A stretch of DNA of 64,000 bases from Vicinamibacteria bacterium (GTDB lineage: Bacteria; Acidobacteriota; Vicinamibacteria; Marinacidobacterales; Marinacidobacteraceae). The position numbers were made by a program, and so were the translations under genes. Within the stretch, counting starts at the first letter, position 1; every line of letters begins with the position of its first letter. The stretch is from assembly GCA_964291235.2 (NCBI GenBank), contig OZ219816.1, positions 1,280,001 through 1,344,000 on the forward strand. Reading direction: 5' to 3'. This document shows positions 1 to 9,729 of this stretch, in pieces. The notes below the pieces were generated by a model. It was not told the origin of the DNA and made no database searches. It worked only from the letters and a program-made list of their open reading frames with translations.

Positions 1-564
1 CCAGTCCGGGCTGGGAGCAATCATCGAGACCAGCGTCACCAGCGGCCGCTCGGCCTCCGCTTCGAAGGTGAATGACACGGAACCCGGCGACCGAAAGGAC
101 GCCTCGGAACCTCGGATGCACGGACTGCTTCGCCCCTGGTCCGCTTCTGTCTGGATTTCCCGGCAGAGTGCCGACACGCTGCCGGTCTCCGCCATGCTCT
201 CGATGCCCGGGGTCGCGGTCCCCCCGGACTCCCAGAACGAGACATCCACGGTGTGGGTGGCCCCGACCACCCGGGAGAAATGGGCTCCGGACGGGAAGGG
301 CGGTCGGTTGCCGTGCGAGGCCGCGTTCCAGGTCGCTTGGAAAGTCACGCCGTACTCCGCCGCCGGCGGACATTCGGACTCCATGGGAGGCGTCGGCTCC
401 GGAGCGGGCATCGGCGGTGGAGGGGCCGGGGGCTCGACCGGCGGGGGGGCGGGGGCAACGCTGGGCGACTCGCCGCCACAGGCGAACGTCAAGAATGCGG
501 CCGCCACCCACGGCCCGAGCCGGAGTATCCGAAAGCGTGGCGCGAAGCTGCGGTTGGCGGTCAC
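1..564 (-). CDS. Spondin_N-domain lipoprotein (3' end runs off the window)
   Basis: Not in the ORF track. Manual translation from GTG at 564 (GTGA overlap with the upstream stop) gives a lipobox (LTFAC), a Pro-rich linker, then TFQATW..HFSRVVGATH..FWESGG..GIESMAETG..LVSMIAPSPDW, typical spondin_N motifs. Confidence 0.8.
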   Translation of the reverse strand, partial: MTANRSFAPRFRILRLGPWVAAAFLTFACGGESPSVAPAPPPVEPPAPPPPMPAPEPTPPMESECPPAAEYGVTFQATWNAASHGNRPPFPSGAHFSRVVGATHTVDVSFWESGGTATPGIESMAETGSVSALCREIQTEADQGRSSPCIRGSEASFRSPGSVSFTFEAEAERPLVTLVSMIAPSPDW

Positions 565-1727
565 TCCGACACCGAGCCCAGCGCGAAGAGGGCGCCGTCC
601 TGAGTGCCGAAGACGATCCGGCCGCCGGCGATGGCCGGCGAGCCCATGATCGCGGCCCCGGCGTGAAACTCGAACACCTTGTCCCCGGTCTCGATATCCA
701 GCACGTAGAGCCGGCCGTCGGCGTTGCCGACATAGACCCGGTTCCCCGCCACCGCCGGCGAAGCGTCGAAGCGGGCGCGGGCCCGGAACGTCCAGCGGGC
801 CTCGCCGCTTTCCCGGTCGAGGGCATGCACCAGCTTGTCCCGGCCCGCCGCGATCACCAGATCGCCGGCGATCGCGGCGGAGGCATAGAACGGGAAGTGC
901 CGCTCCGGATGTTCGTAGCGCCACCGGAGTTGTCCCGCCCCGACATCCACCGCCAGCACCTCGTTGTTGAAGGTCCCGTAGTAGAGCGTCTCATCGGCAA
1001 TCGCCGGAGACGCCGCGGTATAGGCCCCGGAATCGAAACGCAGCATCTCCGTGCCGTCCGCGATGCGCACGCCCCGGAGAATGGCGTCGCACCCCGTCAC
1101 CCAGGCGAGCCCGCCGGCCCGGCCGGGGGTGGCGTGCACCGGTCCCTCGGTCTGGAGTTTCCAGCGCAGCTTGCCGGTCGTCCGCTCCACCGCGTAGAAG
1201 TGCTCGTCGTAACTGCCGACGAGGACCAGATCGTCCGCCACCACGGGCGATGACTTGATCTCGGCGCCGGTCGGAAAACGCCAGCGGGGTTCACCCGAGT
1301 CGAGATCGACCGCGTGGAGAACCCCCTGGAGGTCGCCGACGAACACCGCATCGCCGGCAACGGCGGGTGAGGACTCGCCGAAACGGTCCTCCTCGAACTC
1401 CCCCGCCTCGGCTTCGGCGGCGCCGGGGCGATACCGCCAGGCTTCCGCTCCGTCCGCGAGGCCCAGCTTCACCAGCACTCCCGGCAGCGACGTCGCATAG
1501 ACGAAACCGTCGCTGATGGCGGGGGAAGACTCCACCGAAAAGCCGAGGGGCACGCTCCACTTCAGTTCGAGTTGATCGTCGAGCGGCTCAGCGGCAATTC
1601 CGGTGAGCCCCGCATCGCGGCGGAACTGCGGCCAGTCGGCGCCGTCCTGGCCGGCGGCGGCCCCGCTCGGCGAAAGCAGGAGCCCCGGCGGGAGGACGAG
1701 CGCGGCGAGGAGGAATCGGCGTCTCAT
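561..1727 (-). CDS. PQQ-binding-like beta-propeller repeat protein (BamB-like), secreted
   Basis: C-terminal part of ORF 561..2672. ATG at 1727 (TGATG overlap), signal peptide MRRRFLLAALVL, DWPQFR and repeated SSP..G.V..G...G.L.ALD..G...W blades. Confidence 0.85.
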   Translation of the reverse strand: MRRRFLLAALVLPPGLLLSPSGAAAGQDGADWPQFRRDAGLTGIAAEPLDDQLELKWSVPLGFSVESSPAISDGFVYATSLPGVLVKLGLADGAEAWRYRPGAAEAEAGEFEEDRFGESSPAVAGDAVFVGDLQGVLHAVDLDSGEPRWRFPTGAEIKSSPVVADDLVLVGSYDEHFYAVERTTGKLRWKLQTEGPVHATPGRAGGLAWVTGCDAILRGVRIADGTEMLRFDSGAYTAASPAIADETLYYGTFNNEVLAVDVGAGQLRWRYEHPERHFPFYASAAIAGDLVIAAGRDKLVHALDRESGEARWTFRARARFDASPAVAGNRVYVGNADGRLYVLDIETGDKVFEFHAGAAIMGSPAIAGGRIVFGTQDGALFALGSVSE

Positions 1728-2884
1728 CAGACAGCGGAACGATAGACGGCGAGCGCTCCCGCGGCATCGAAAGCCCGTGGATTGAAGCGTCCGGTCCACT
1801 CCCCGGCCGCTTCCTCGGCGAGTGCGGGGAGGTCGCTCGGAGCGACGCGCGTCGCGGTCAGATCGCGGGGCAGACCCGCTGCCGCGATCCAGCTTTCGAG
1901 GCGGCCGGCGAGGGTCTCCGCCGGATCGTCCCCCGGAGGGATCGAGGCCGCGGCGAGAAGATCCCGATAGGCCGCCCCGGTGGCGGGCCCGTTCCAGCGC
2001 ACCACCCGGGGCAGGGTGATGGCCAGCGCACGTCCGTGCGCCACGTCGTAGCGCCGGGTGAGGGGGTTCGCCGAGGCGTGCGCGGCGCCCAGCATGGAGC
2101 GTTCGATCGCCGCGCCGGCAAGGAAAGCGCCGCGCTGCATGTCCTCCCAGACCGACGCGTCCGCCCGGCCCTCCACCACGAGGGGGAAGGCGGCGCTCAA
2201 GAGCGCGAAGGCCCGGTGGCTGAGTGCCGTGGATTCGTCGGTACGCCCGGACGTCACCGCCGTCTCGACCGCGTGGGCGAGGGCATCGAACCCCGTTGCG
2301 GCGATCACGTCGCGGGGAGCCGACGGGAGGAGCGCCGGATCCAGAATCACGGCCCGGAACATCGCCGAGGCGTCTCCGCACGCGAGCTTTTGGTGGTCCC
2401 GGTCCCGGGAAATGAGGGCGTACGACTGCGCCTCGCTCCCGGTGCCCGCCGTCGTCGGGACACCGGCGAGCGGGGGCAGCGGCTGAGGGCACTTCCCGTA
2501 GCCGCGGTAGGCCTCCATGCGTCCGCCTCCGGCAAGGACGAAACCGGCGCCCTTGGCGACATCGAGCGAGCTGCCTCCGCCCACGCCGACCAGGGAGTCG
2601 GCTTCCATCGCCCGGGCCGCCTCGGCGGCGCGCGCCACGTTCGCTTCCGTGGGGTTCTCGCCGAAGCCGCAAAAGACCTCCGCCCGGAGGCCGGCGCGCT
2701 CGAGGCTGGTAACCGCCCGGTCCGTAATTCCGGCCGCGACGATTCCGCGGTCCGAAGTCACCAGCGTGCGGCGGAACCCAAGGTCGGCGACGACCTCGCC
2801 CAGAAAATCGAGCGCGCCCGACCCGGAGCGCACGAGCGGCGACGGGCCACTCGGCAGACGCCAGGTGGCCGAAGGACCGTCCAT
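1727..2884 (-). CDS. Iron-containing alcohol dehydrogenase
   Basis: Motifs GGGSSLDVAK, PTTAGTGSE, DALAHAVE, HASAN and HG. Confidence 0.9.
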   Translation of the reverse strand: MDGPSATWRLPSGPSPLVRSGSGALDFLGEVVADLGFRRTLVTSDRGIVAAGITDRAVTSLERAGLRAEVFCGFGENPTEANVARAAEAARAMEADSLVGVGGGSSLDVAKGAGFVLAGGGRMEAYRGYGKCPQPLPPLAGVPTTAGTGSEAQSYALISRDRDHQKLACGDASAMFRAVILDPALLPSAPRDVIAATGFDALAHAVETAVTSGRTDESTALSHRAFALLSAAFPLVVEGRADASVWEDMQRGAFLAGAAIERSMLGAAHASANPLTRRYDVAHGRALAITLPRVVRWNGPATGAAYRDLLAAASIPPGDDPAETLAGRLESWIAAAGLPRDLTATRVAPSDLPALAEEAAGEWTGRFNPRAFDAAGALAVYRSAV

Positions 2885-2920
2885 CGGGAGTCAGCCCGGG
2901 GGATCAGCCCGCACTTTCCT

Positions 2921-4393
2921 TCAGCGGGCGCCCTCGGTGGTCGTGCCCTGCTCCTCGAGTGCGAAGAGTTGGTTCCGGCTCGCGATGTAGATGACGCCGT
3001 TCGCCGGTACCGCGCTGGAATACACCGAGCTGCCCATGTTCATCTCGGAGATCACTTCTTCGGTCCGGCCGGGACGGAGCACGACCACGTCGCCGTCCTC
3101 GTCGCCCAGGTAGAGCTTGCCATCCGCGATCACCGGTGACGCCCAGACCGCGGCAAAGGTGTCGTGGACCCAGAGGGGCTCCCCGGTTTCGATGTCGAGT
3201 GCGTGAAGGAAGCCGGAGAAATCGGGCAGGTAGAAGATGCCGTCCTTCAGCGCGCCGGTGGAAATGGAGCGCCGGATGGTGTCGTAGTGCCAGAGCCGCC
3301 CGGTCTCGGTGATGTCGCCCCGCTGCGTGGCGTCGATCGCGTAGAGGTGGCCGACGCCCTCCCCGTGCTCCGGATCCTGGCCGTTCGCGATGAAGAGCCG
3401 GTCACCAAGGATGACCGGAGTGGAGATGACGTTGTTCCGGGTGCGCGGCCAGACCGAGTCCTTCGGGTTCGTGTCGAACCACCAGAGGGTTTCTCCGGTC
3501 TCGGCGACGTATCCCCGGACCCAACCGTCGCCCTCGCCCATGATGACCTGGGTCACCCCGCCCACTTCGGCGACGCCCGCCGCCGACCACTGGCCGTGCA
3601 GGATGTTCTCCCCGACGTGGTTCTGCTCCCAGACCAGCTCTCCGGTCACCTTGTTCACCGCGATGATCGCGGGAGTGAGCGGCGAGGGAATGTTGGCGTG
3701 GGTCTCGTCGTGGCCGTTCGAAGTGTTCACGAACAGCAGGTCTCCGTAGGCGACCGGGCTGGCGTTCGACATGTTGTGGGGAAAGGAGCCGAGTTCCTCC
3801 ATCATGTCGAGGCGCCAGATGATGTCTCCGTCGGTCGGCGACTGGAGCGCTTCGTCGGTGACCGGGCCGTCGTTGCCGTTCGCCATGCCGTGAACGTCCA
3901 GCGCGAGCAGTTCTCCCCGGTTCGTGACGTAGTAGACGCGATCGCCCTCCACGAGCGGCGAAGAGCAGACTCCCTGATAGGGCCAGTCGTTGACCCGTCC
4001 CGAGAGCAGCTTGTCGGAGACCATTTGCCACAGAAACTCACCCGTGGCCGCGTCGAACGCGACCAGGATCCCCTTGTCGCCCACGATCTCCTTGTCGTAG
4101 AGGGCTTCGTTGTTCGTACCCACGAACACCCGGCCGCCGGCCACGACCGGGTTGCCGTAGGTCTGCGAACCGAGTGCCGCGACCCAGCGGACGTTGTGGC
4201 CGCTGTCCACGTCCCATTCGGCCGGGAGCCGGGCGGTGGTGTCCGAGACCATATTCCGATCCGGGGTCCCTCCCCACATCGGCCAATCCTGCGCGCCGGC
4301 GCTTCCACCGGCCAGGAGCACCAGCAGGAGACCGTTCCGCGCCGCCGCGGGGATTCCCCGCCGGTAGCGCGGGCTCTTCTCGAGTCGGGACAT
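2921..4393 (-). CDS. PQQ-binding-like beta-propeller protein
   Basis: Signal peptide, DWPMWGG..RN, and repeated propeller blades. Confidence 0.85.
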   Translation of the reverse strand: MSRLEKSPRYRRGIPAAARNGLLLVLLAGGSAGAQDWPMWGGTPDRNMVSDTTARLPAEWDVDSGHNVRWVAALGSQTYGNPVVAGGRVFVGTNNEALYDKEIVGDKGILVAFDAATGEFLWQMVSDKLLSGRVNDWPYQGVCSSPLVEGDRVYYVTNRGELLALDVHGMANGNDGPVTDEALQSPTDGDIIWRLDMMEELGSFPHNMSNASPVAYGDLLFVNTSNGHDETHANIPSPLTPAIIAVNKVTGELVWEQNHVGENILHGQWSAAGVAEVGGVTQVIMGEGDGWVRGYVAETGETLWWFDTNPKDSVWPRTRNNVISTPVILGDRLFIANGQDPEHGEGVGHLYAIDATQRGDITETGRLWHYDTIRRSISTGALKDGIFYLPDFSGFLHALDIETGEPLWVHDTFAAVWASPVIADGKLYLGDEDGDVVVLRPGRTEEVISEMNMGSSVYSSAVPANGVIYIASRNQLFALEEQGTTTEGAR

Positions 4394-4499
4394 GGAACGT
4401 CTCCCTCTTGTCAGGCTCTTATCGGGCTCGGGTGAAACTCTGAAGCCGCTGATTCGCGGCGCGCAACGCCGCGGGGTGGGGTGCTTTCACCACGGGCTG

Positions 4500-6698
4500 C
4501 TACTCGCCGGGTTCCACGACGATGTTGTCAAAGAAAACCTCGGCGGACACCGCGTCGGCAAAGATGCCCGGGGTGCCCTCGTGATGGGGCAGCTCCTCGC
4601 GCCATTCGAGGGTCCATTCGTCCGGTTCGCCCTCGCCCCGAGGCCAGACCTTGCCGCGGGCGACGACTTCCGCGTCGTCCTCCACAACCTGGAACTTCAT
4701 CGAATACCAGGTGTCGGCTTCCCAGGCGAAGGGAATCTGGGTGGTCCGGCCAGGGGTCGCCTGCCAGGAATGGATCTCGAGCCGCTGGTGCGTGCCCATC
4801 AGCACGAACTGGTAGCGCTGGGCGACGAGCCCCGCATTTCCCATCTGGCGGCGGCGGGTGTTGGCCATCACATCCGCGGAGACCGTGTACCCGGAGAGCG
4901 TCGGCGGCCCCATGTAAACGCGCGCCCGGCGGAGGAACGGGTTGTCGGCCCGCTTGACCAGGACCCGCTGGCCGTCTTCCAGGGTCCTGGTCTCGTACTT
5001 TCCCGTGGAGTTGACCCACTGCGGGGGCACGCGCGAGTCCTCCGCGTCGAAATCCCAGCTCCAGGGCAGGGGTGGGACCACCCGGAAGCGGGCGGCTCCG
5101 CTGGCGTCGCCGGCGCTTACCGTCACCTTTCCGGCAGCGCCCGCCGCCTCGGCCGCTACCGCAAGCGTCAGGTCTTCAACCGTGCCGTCGAAACCCTCCA
5201 CCGCCCAGGTCAGGTTGGCCGGCGCTTCGGTCGGGTTGCCCATGGCGTCGAAAGCGCGGACGGAGAGAGCGACTTCCGATCCGGGGGCCAGGATTTCTTC
5301 GGTGGGAGACAGGACGAGATGTGACGGAGCGGCCGCGGACATCTCCGGCGGCGTCGCGGGAGGCGCATCCGGAGCGGGGCGCCGCTCCCCGATCGCATAG
5401 AGGGCGCCGCTGGAAACGAAGTACACGACCCCGTCGCTGACCGCCGCCGACGCGATGATCTCTTCCGGAATCTCGTCGGTGCCGATTACGTCGTCGTCCA
5501 GGACCTCCACGCCGTCCCGGCTCGGACGGAGAATGAAGAAACGCCCGTTGGCCGTCCCCACGTAGAGCTTGCCGTCGGCAAGTACCGGAGAGGCGCGCTG
5601 GATCGTCCCCAGGTTGTGGGTCCAGAGCTCGGTCCCATCCGTCGCCGAAAACGCGGCCAGATTGGCGCTGTTGTCGATCTGATAGAGCAGATCCCCGTCG
5701 CCGACGCCGGAGGAAAAACCGCCCATGAATCCCGGCACCTGCCAGAGAGGAGCGTCGGCCCCGATTTCACCGGTGGAAGTGGCATCCAGCGCGGCGAGGA
5801 GCCCCATCACCGAAGAGTCGAGGTTTTCCTCGCCGTGACTGACCAGCGCAACATCGCCGAAGAGCACCGCACCGCTGTTCACGCCGCGCTTGCTCATCGG
5901 GAAGTTCCAGGCGGAAGCGCCGGTCGCCGGCTGGATCGCGTGGAAGGCGCCGTCGCCGCCGCCCACCAGCAGCAACCGGCGACCGTCCACGGTGCGCACC
6001 GATGCCGGCGCATAGGTGGTGTCGTAGGGGCGGCCGCCCGGTGCCGACAGCCACACCATCTGTCCGCTGCGCTTGTCGAACGCGAAGAATCGCTGACTGC
6101 CCCGCGCGTGCTCACCCCACGAGGAGGTGAGACCGCTGAGGATCACCAGGTCTTCCAGAATCAGGGGCGACGCGGTGCGGCCGCCGTGGGTGGTGACGAG
6201 TCCCAGCTCCTCGGGCAGGGAGCGCGACCAGCGGACGCTGCCGTCGGCAATATCGAAGGCCGTCAGTTCCCCGCCGAGAGTGAAGAAAAACACCGTGCCG
6301 GTTTCGGCATCGGCCGCGGGGGACGCCCAGCCGACCCGCCGCGGCGGCGCGTCGGAGTGGTAGATGTTCCGCCGGGCTTCCCAGAGGAGTTCCCCGGTTC
6401 CGGCGTCGAGCGCCACCAGCTGTTCCTGGCGGGTCTCCCGGTCCCCCACGCCGCGCTGCAGGAAGAGGCGATCTCCCAGAATCACCGGAGTCGATCGCCC
6501 CCCGTAGGGCGCCTTGAAGAGCAGGTTCCGGCCGTCGGGCGACCAGGACTCGGGGAGTCCGGTTTCGGCCGAACGCCCGTCGCGTCCGGGGCCGCGAATC
6601 TCGGGCCAGTCCGACGCGATTGCGGACGCAGCAAGAATAAAGACCGCAGTCCAGACGGCGAGCGCCGTCGCGCCGCGGCGAACGGTTCCGGAACCCAT
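4500..6698 (-). CDS. PQQ-like beta-propeller protein with C-terminal Ig-like/beta-sandwich extension
   Basis: ORF 4500..6884 with likely start at ATG 6698. Signal peptide, DWPEIRGPGRDG, propeller repeats, then a beta-rich C-terminal domain. Confidence 0.8.
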   Translation of the reverse strand: MGSGTVRRGATALAVWTAVFILAASAIASDWPEIRGPGRDGRSAETGLPESWSPDGRNLLFKAPYGGRSTPVILGDRLFLQRGVGDRETRQEQLVALDAGTGELLWEARRNIYHSDAPPRRVGWASPAADAETGTVFFFTLGGELTAFDIADGSVRWSRSLPEELGLVTTHGGRTASPLILEDLVILSGLTSSWGEHARGSQRFFAFDKRSGQMVWLSAPGGRPYDTTYAPASVRTVDGRRLLLVGGGDGAFHAIQPATGASAWNFPMSKRGVNSGAVLFGDVALVSHGEENLDSSVMGLLAALDATSTGEIGADAPLWQVPGFMGGFSSGVGDGDLLYQIDNSANLAAFSATDGTELWTHNLGTIQRASPVLADGKLYVGTANGRFFILRPSRDGVEVLDDDVIGTDEIPEEIIASAAVSDGVVYFVSSGALYAIGERRPAPDAPPATPPEMSAAAPSHLVLSPTEEILAPGSEVALSVRAFDAMGNPTEAPANLTWAVEGFDGTVEDLTLAVAAEAAGAAGKVTVSAGDASGAARFRVVPPLPWSWDFDAEDSRVPPQWVNSTGKYETRTLEDGQRVLVKRADNPFLRRARVYMGPPTLSGYTVSADVMANTRRRQMGNAGLVAQRYQFVLMGTHQRLEIHSWQATPGRTTQIPFAWEADTWYSMKFQVVEDDAEVVARGKVWPRGEGEPDEWTLEWREELPHHEGTPGIFADAVSAEVFFDNIVVEPGE

Positions 6699-6771
6699 GG
6701 CGGGACGGGAGTCTAGCGGGGTGGCGGGAGGGCGCGAAGACTCCCCCTCGGCAGGGGAATGCCTCTCGGCG

Positions 6772-8256
6772 ATGCAATCTCGGACGCCAGCGGACACAAT
6801 ACGCCGCACCGTGCGCAACGTATCCCGCGTGATTGCCCCGGGAGCGCTGCTGGCCGCTGGACTCCTGGCCGGCAGTTCACCCACCCTGGCGCTCGAGAGT
6901 CAGGGTCCCGCCGCCCCAGTGGCGCCGGAGCGGGCGTCGTCCGAACCTCCCGCTTCGGAGACCCGCGCGTCGTCCAACTGGCCGGCGTGGCGGGGGCCGA
7001 CCGCGAACGGCGTCTCCACCGAGACCGGCCTGCCCGTCCGTTTCGATCCGGACACGAACGGGCTCTGGAAGACGGTAACCCCGGGCGAAGGGCATTCTTC
7101 GCCGGTCGTCTGGGACCAGCTTGTCTTCGTCTCGGCCTCCATCGCCGGAGATCCGGTCCCGGGACACAAGCCGCCGGTACACGTCCGCAACGGTGAGGTC
7201 TATCTGCACGCCGGGAGTACGGCCGGGGACCTCCATCACACCCTGCTGGCGCTGGCCTACGACGCGCGCACCGGAGAGGAAGTGTGGCGGCGGACAGTCC
7301 ACGACGGGCCGGTCTACGACAACCGGTACCGGACCAACACCTACGCCTCGCTGACGGCGATCACCGATGGGGAGCGCGTGTACTTCTCCTTCGGCAATCA
7401 GGGCCTGTTCGCCTTCACCCTCGACGGGGAGCCCCTCTGGTCCACCGATCTCGGTGACTTCGGCGTCTGGGGACTTGGCCACGGCATCATGCCGGTGCTG
7501 CATGGCGAAACCTTGATCCTCGTCTGCGACAACGACGACGGCGAGGGATCGCGCATTTTCGGAGTGGACCGCCGTAGCGGGGAGATCGTCTGGAGCACCG
7601 AGCGGCGAGCCCGAAAGGGTTGGGCAACCCCGGCGCTGCTGCCGGTCGGGGGCATCACCCAACTCTTCGTGCCGGGGTACCACGCCCTCGCCGCCTACGA
7701 CGCCGGCAACGGCGTCGAATTGTGGCGGACCGCGCCCTTCGAGGACTCGGCCCCGGTCCATACCCCGGTCCACCAACCTTTCGGAGACGGACGCCTCGTC
7801 TTCGTTTCGACCGGCTATCCCGGCAAGGAAATGCGGGCCCTCGAAGTGCTGCCGGGGGTCGAGCCCCGCGTTCGCTGGACCTACGAGCGGGGGACCGGAT
7901 ACCTCCCCTCGGCGCTCCTCTACCGCGGCATCCTCTTCTTCCTGTCGGACGGCGGCGTGATCACCGCGCTCGACCCGGAGGACGGCTCGCTCCATTTCCA
8001 GGCGCGCCCCACGCACCCCGGCCGCTACCACTCCTCGCCGATCGGATACGAGGGACACGTCCTGATCGGCAGCCTGGAGGGCGACCTGACCGTGTTCCGG
8101 GCCGCCGACGAGTTCGAGATCGTGGCGGAGAGCTCGCTCCCGGAGGCGATCTGGGCGTCACCGGCCATCGCCGGCGGAACGCTCTTCCTGCGGAGCGTGG
8201 ATGCCCTCTACGCGTTTCGTTCGCCAGCCCCCGGCGAAACCACGCCGGCTCGGTGA
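6772..8256 (+). CDS. PQQ-binding-like beta-propeller protein
   Basis: NWPAWRGPTANG, GHSSPVVW and propeller repeats. Start uncertain (6772-6830). Confidence 0.85.
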   Translation: MQSRTPADTIRRTVRNVSRVIAPGALLAAGLLAGSSPTLALESQGPAAPVAPERASSEPPASETRASSNWPAWRGPTANGVSTETGLPVRFDPDTNGLWKTVTPGEGHSSPVVWDQLVFVSASIAGDPVPGHKPPVHVRNGEVYLHAGSTAGDLHHTLLALAYDARTGEEVWRRTVHDGPVYDNRYRTNTYASLTAITDGERVYFSFGNQGLFAFTLDGEPLWSTDLGDFGVWGLGHGIMPVLHGETLILVCDNDDGEGSRIFGVDRRSGEIVWSTERRARKGWATPALLPVGGITQLFVPGYHALAAYDAGNGVELWRTAPFEDSAPVHTPVHQPFGDGRLVFVSTGYPGKEMRALEVLPGVEPRVRWTYERGTGYLPSALLYRGILFFLSDGGVITALDPEDGSLHFQARPTHPGRYHSSPIGYEGHVLIGSLEGDLTVFRAADEFEIVAESSLPEAIWASPAIAGGTLFLRSVDALYAFRSPAPGETTPAR

Positions 8257-9623
8257 GCTTGCCGGGTCGACGGATCGGCCGCGCGGCGGGGACCGTCGCG
8301 CTGGCGGCGCTCCTGACGGGGGACGCTGGGGCACAGCAAACGACGATCCCGGAGTGGCCTCAGTGGCGGGGCCCGGAGGGGCGCGCGCACGCGGAGTCCG
8401 CGGCCCCCCTCCGTTGGGGAACGGACGAGAACATCCGCTGGAAGGCCCCCGTCGAGGGCCGGGGGCATTCGTCGCCAATCGTCGTGGGCGATCTGATCTT
8501 CCTCACGTCGGCCACCTCCGGCGAGAAGGTGCCCGGGGCCGGGCCGATCATCCATTTCATGGGCAGTGAGGAGTTCCTGCATCCCGACAGCCTGGGCGCC
8601 GACCAGCGGCTGGACGTGCTGCTGCTCGCCCTGGACAGGAGGAGCGGAGCGTTGCGCTGGCGCCGGGAAGTGCGCGCCGGGGCGCTCCCCTACGACAACC
8701 GCCACCGGATCGGTTCCTACGCAAATCCCACCCCGGTTAGCGACGGGGAGCGGGTCGTTGCCTGGTTCGGGACGCAGGGTCTCTACGCGTTCACTCTCGA
8801 AGGGGACCTCATCTGGTCCCAGGACTTCGGGGGTGTCGGGACCATGGGGATGGGGGTCGCCACCTCTCCGGTGCTCGTCGCGGCGGCCGGACTCGTAGTG
8901 GTCCAGAGCGACGTGGAGGAGGGCGACGGATCCTTCATCGCGGCTCTGGACACTGCCACCGGCGCAATCCGGTGGCGGGCCGAACGGACCCAGCGGGTGG
9001 GCTGGGCAACGCCGACGGTCGTACGGTCCGCTGACGGCGCCTCACTCGTCGTGACGATGGGGACGGGAGACATCGTCGCCTACGGCGCGGAAACCGGAGA
9101 GGAACGCTGGCGCGCGGGAGGGCTCCGGGGCAACGCGGTACCGAGCCCGGTGGCCTCCGGCGACGGTCTGGTGTTCGCCGTGACGGGCTATCCGCGGAAG
9201 AACGTCCTGGCGCTGGACCTCCAGGATGGATCGCTGCGCTGGAGCTACCGCAAGGGGCAGGGCTACGTTCCGTCTCCGATCTTCCACCGGGGCGTGCTCT
9301 ATCTGGTCAGCGATGGGGGCATCCTCACCGCGCTGGACGGCCGAAGCGGCGAGGTCATCTACGAGGGCGGCCGCATGCCGCTGCCCTCACGTTTCTTCTC
9401 GTCTCCCGTAGTGTCCGGCGAACGGATCTATCTGACCAGCGAGGACGGAGACACCCACGTGATTCGATCGGGTCCCCAATTCGAAATCCTGGCTACCAAC
9501 AGCGTGGACGAGCCGGTCATGGCCTCCCCGGCCATCGTGGACGGCACGATCTACCTGCGGAGTGCGGAACACCTGTATGCCATAGCGGAGCCGGCGCACG
9601 CGACCGGGGCAAATCTCCGATAA
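8253..9623 (+). CDS. PQQ-binding-like beta-propeller protein
   Basis: GTG start overlaps the previous stop (GTGA). EWPQWRGP, GHSSPIV and YVPSP motifs. Confidence 0.85.
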   Translation: MSLPGRRIGRAAGTVALAALLTGDAGAQQTTIPEWPQWRGPEGRAHAESAAPLRWGTDENIRWKAPVEGRGHSSPIVVGDLIFLTSATSGEKVPGAGPIIHFMGSEEFLHPDSLGADQRLDVLLLALDRRSGALRWRREVRAGALPYDNRHRIGSYANPTPVSDGERVVAWFGTQGLYAFTLEGDLIWSQDFGGVGTMGMGVATSPVLVAAAGLVVVQSDVEEGDGSFIAALDTATGAIRWRAERTQRVGWATPTVVRSADGASLVVTMGTGDIVAYGAETGEERWRAGGLRGNAVPSPVASGDGLVFAVTGYPRKNVLALDLQDGSLRWSYRKGQGYVPSPIFHRGVLYLVSDGGILTALDGRSGEVIYEGGRMPLPSRFFSSPVVSGERIYLTSEDGDTHVIRSGPQFEILATNSVDEPVMASPAIVDGTIYLRSAEHLYAIAEPAHATGANLR

Positions 9624-9729
9624 TCCGCCCGTGGCCCGGAGGGAACCGGGCACCGAAGGCCTTCGTATCCGAACGAGAGCCGGCGGCCGCGCGGGGTCGC
9701 CCGACATCCCCAAGCAGAGGAGTGCGCCG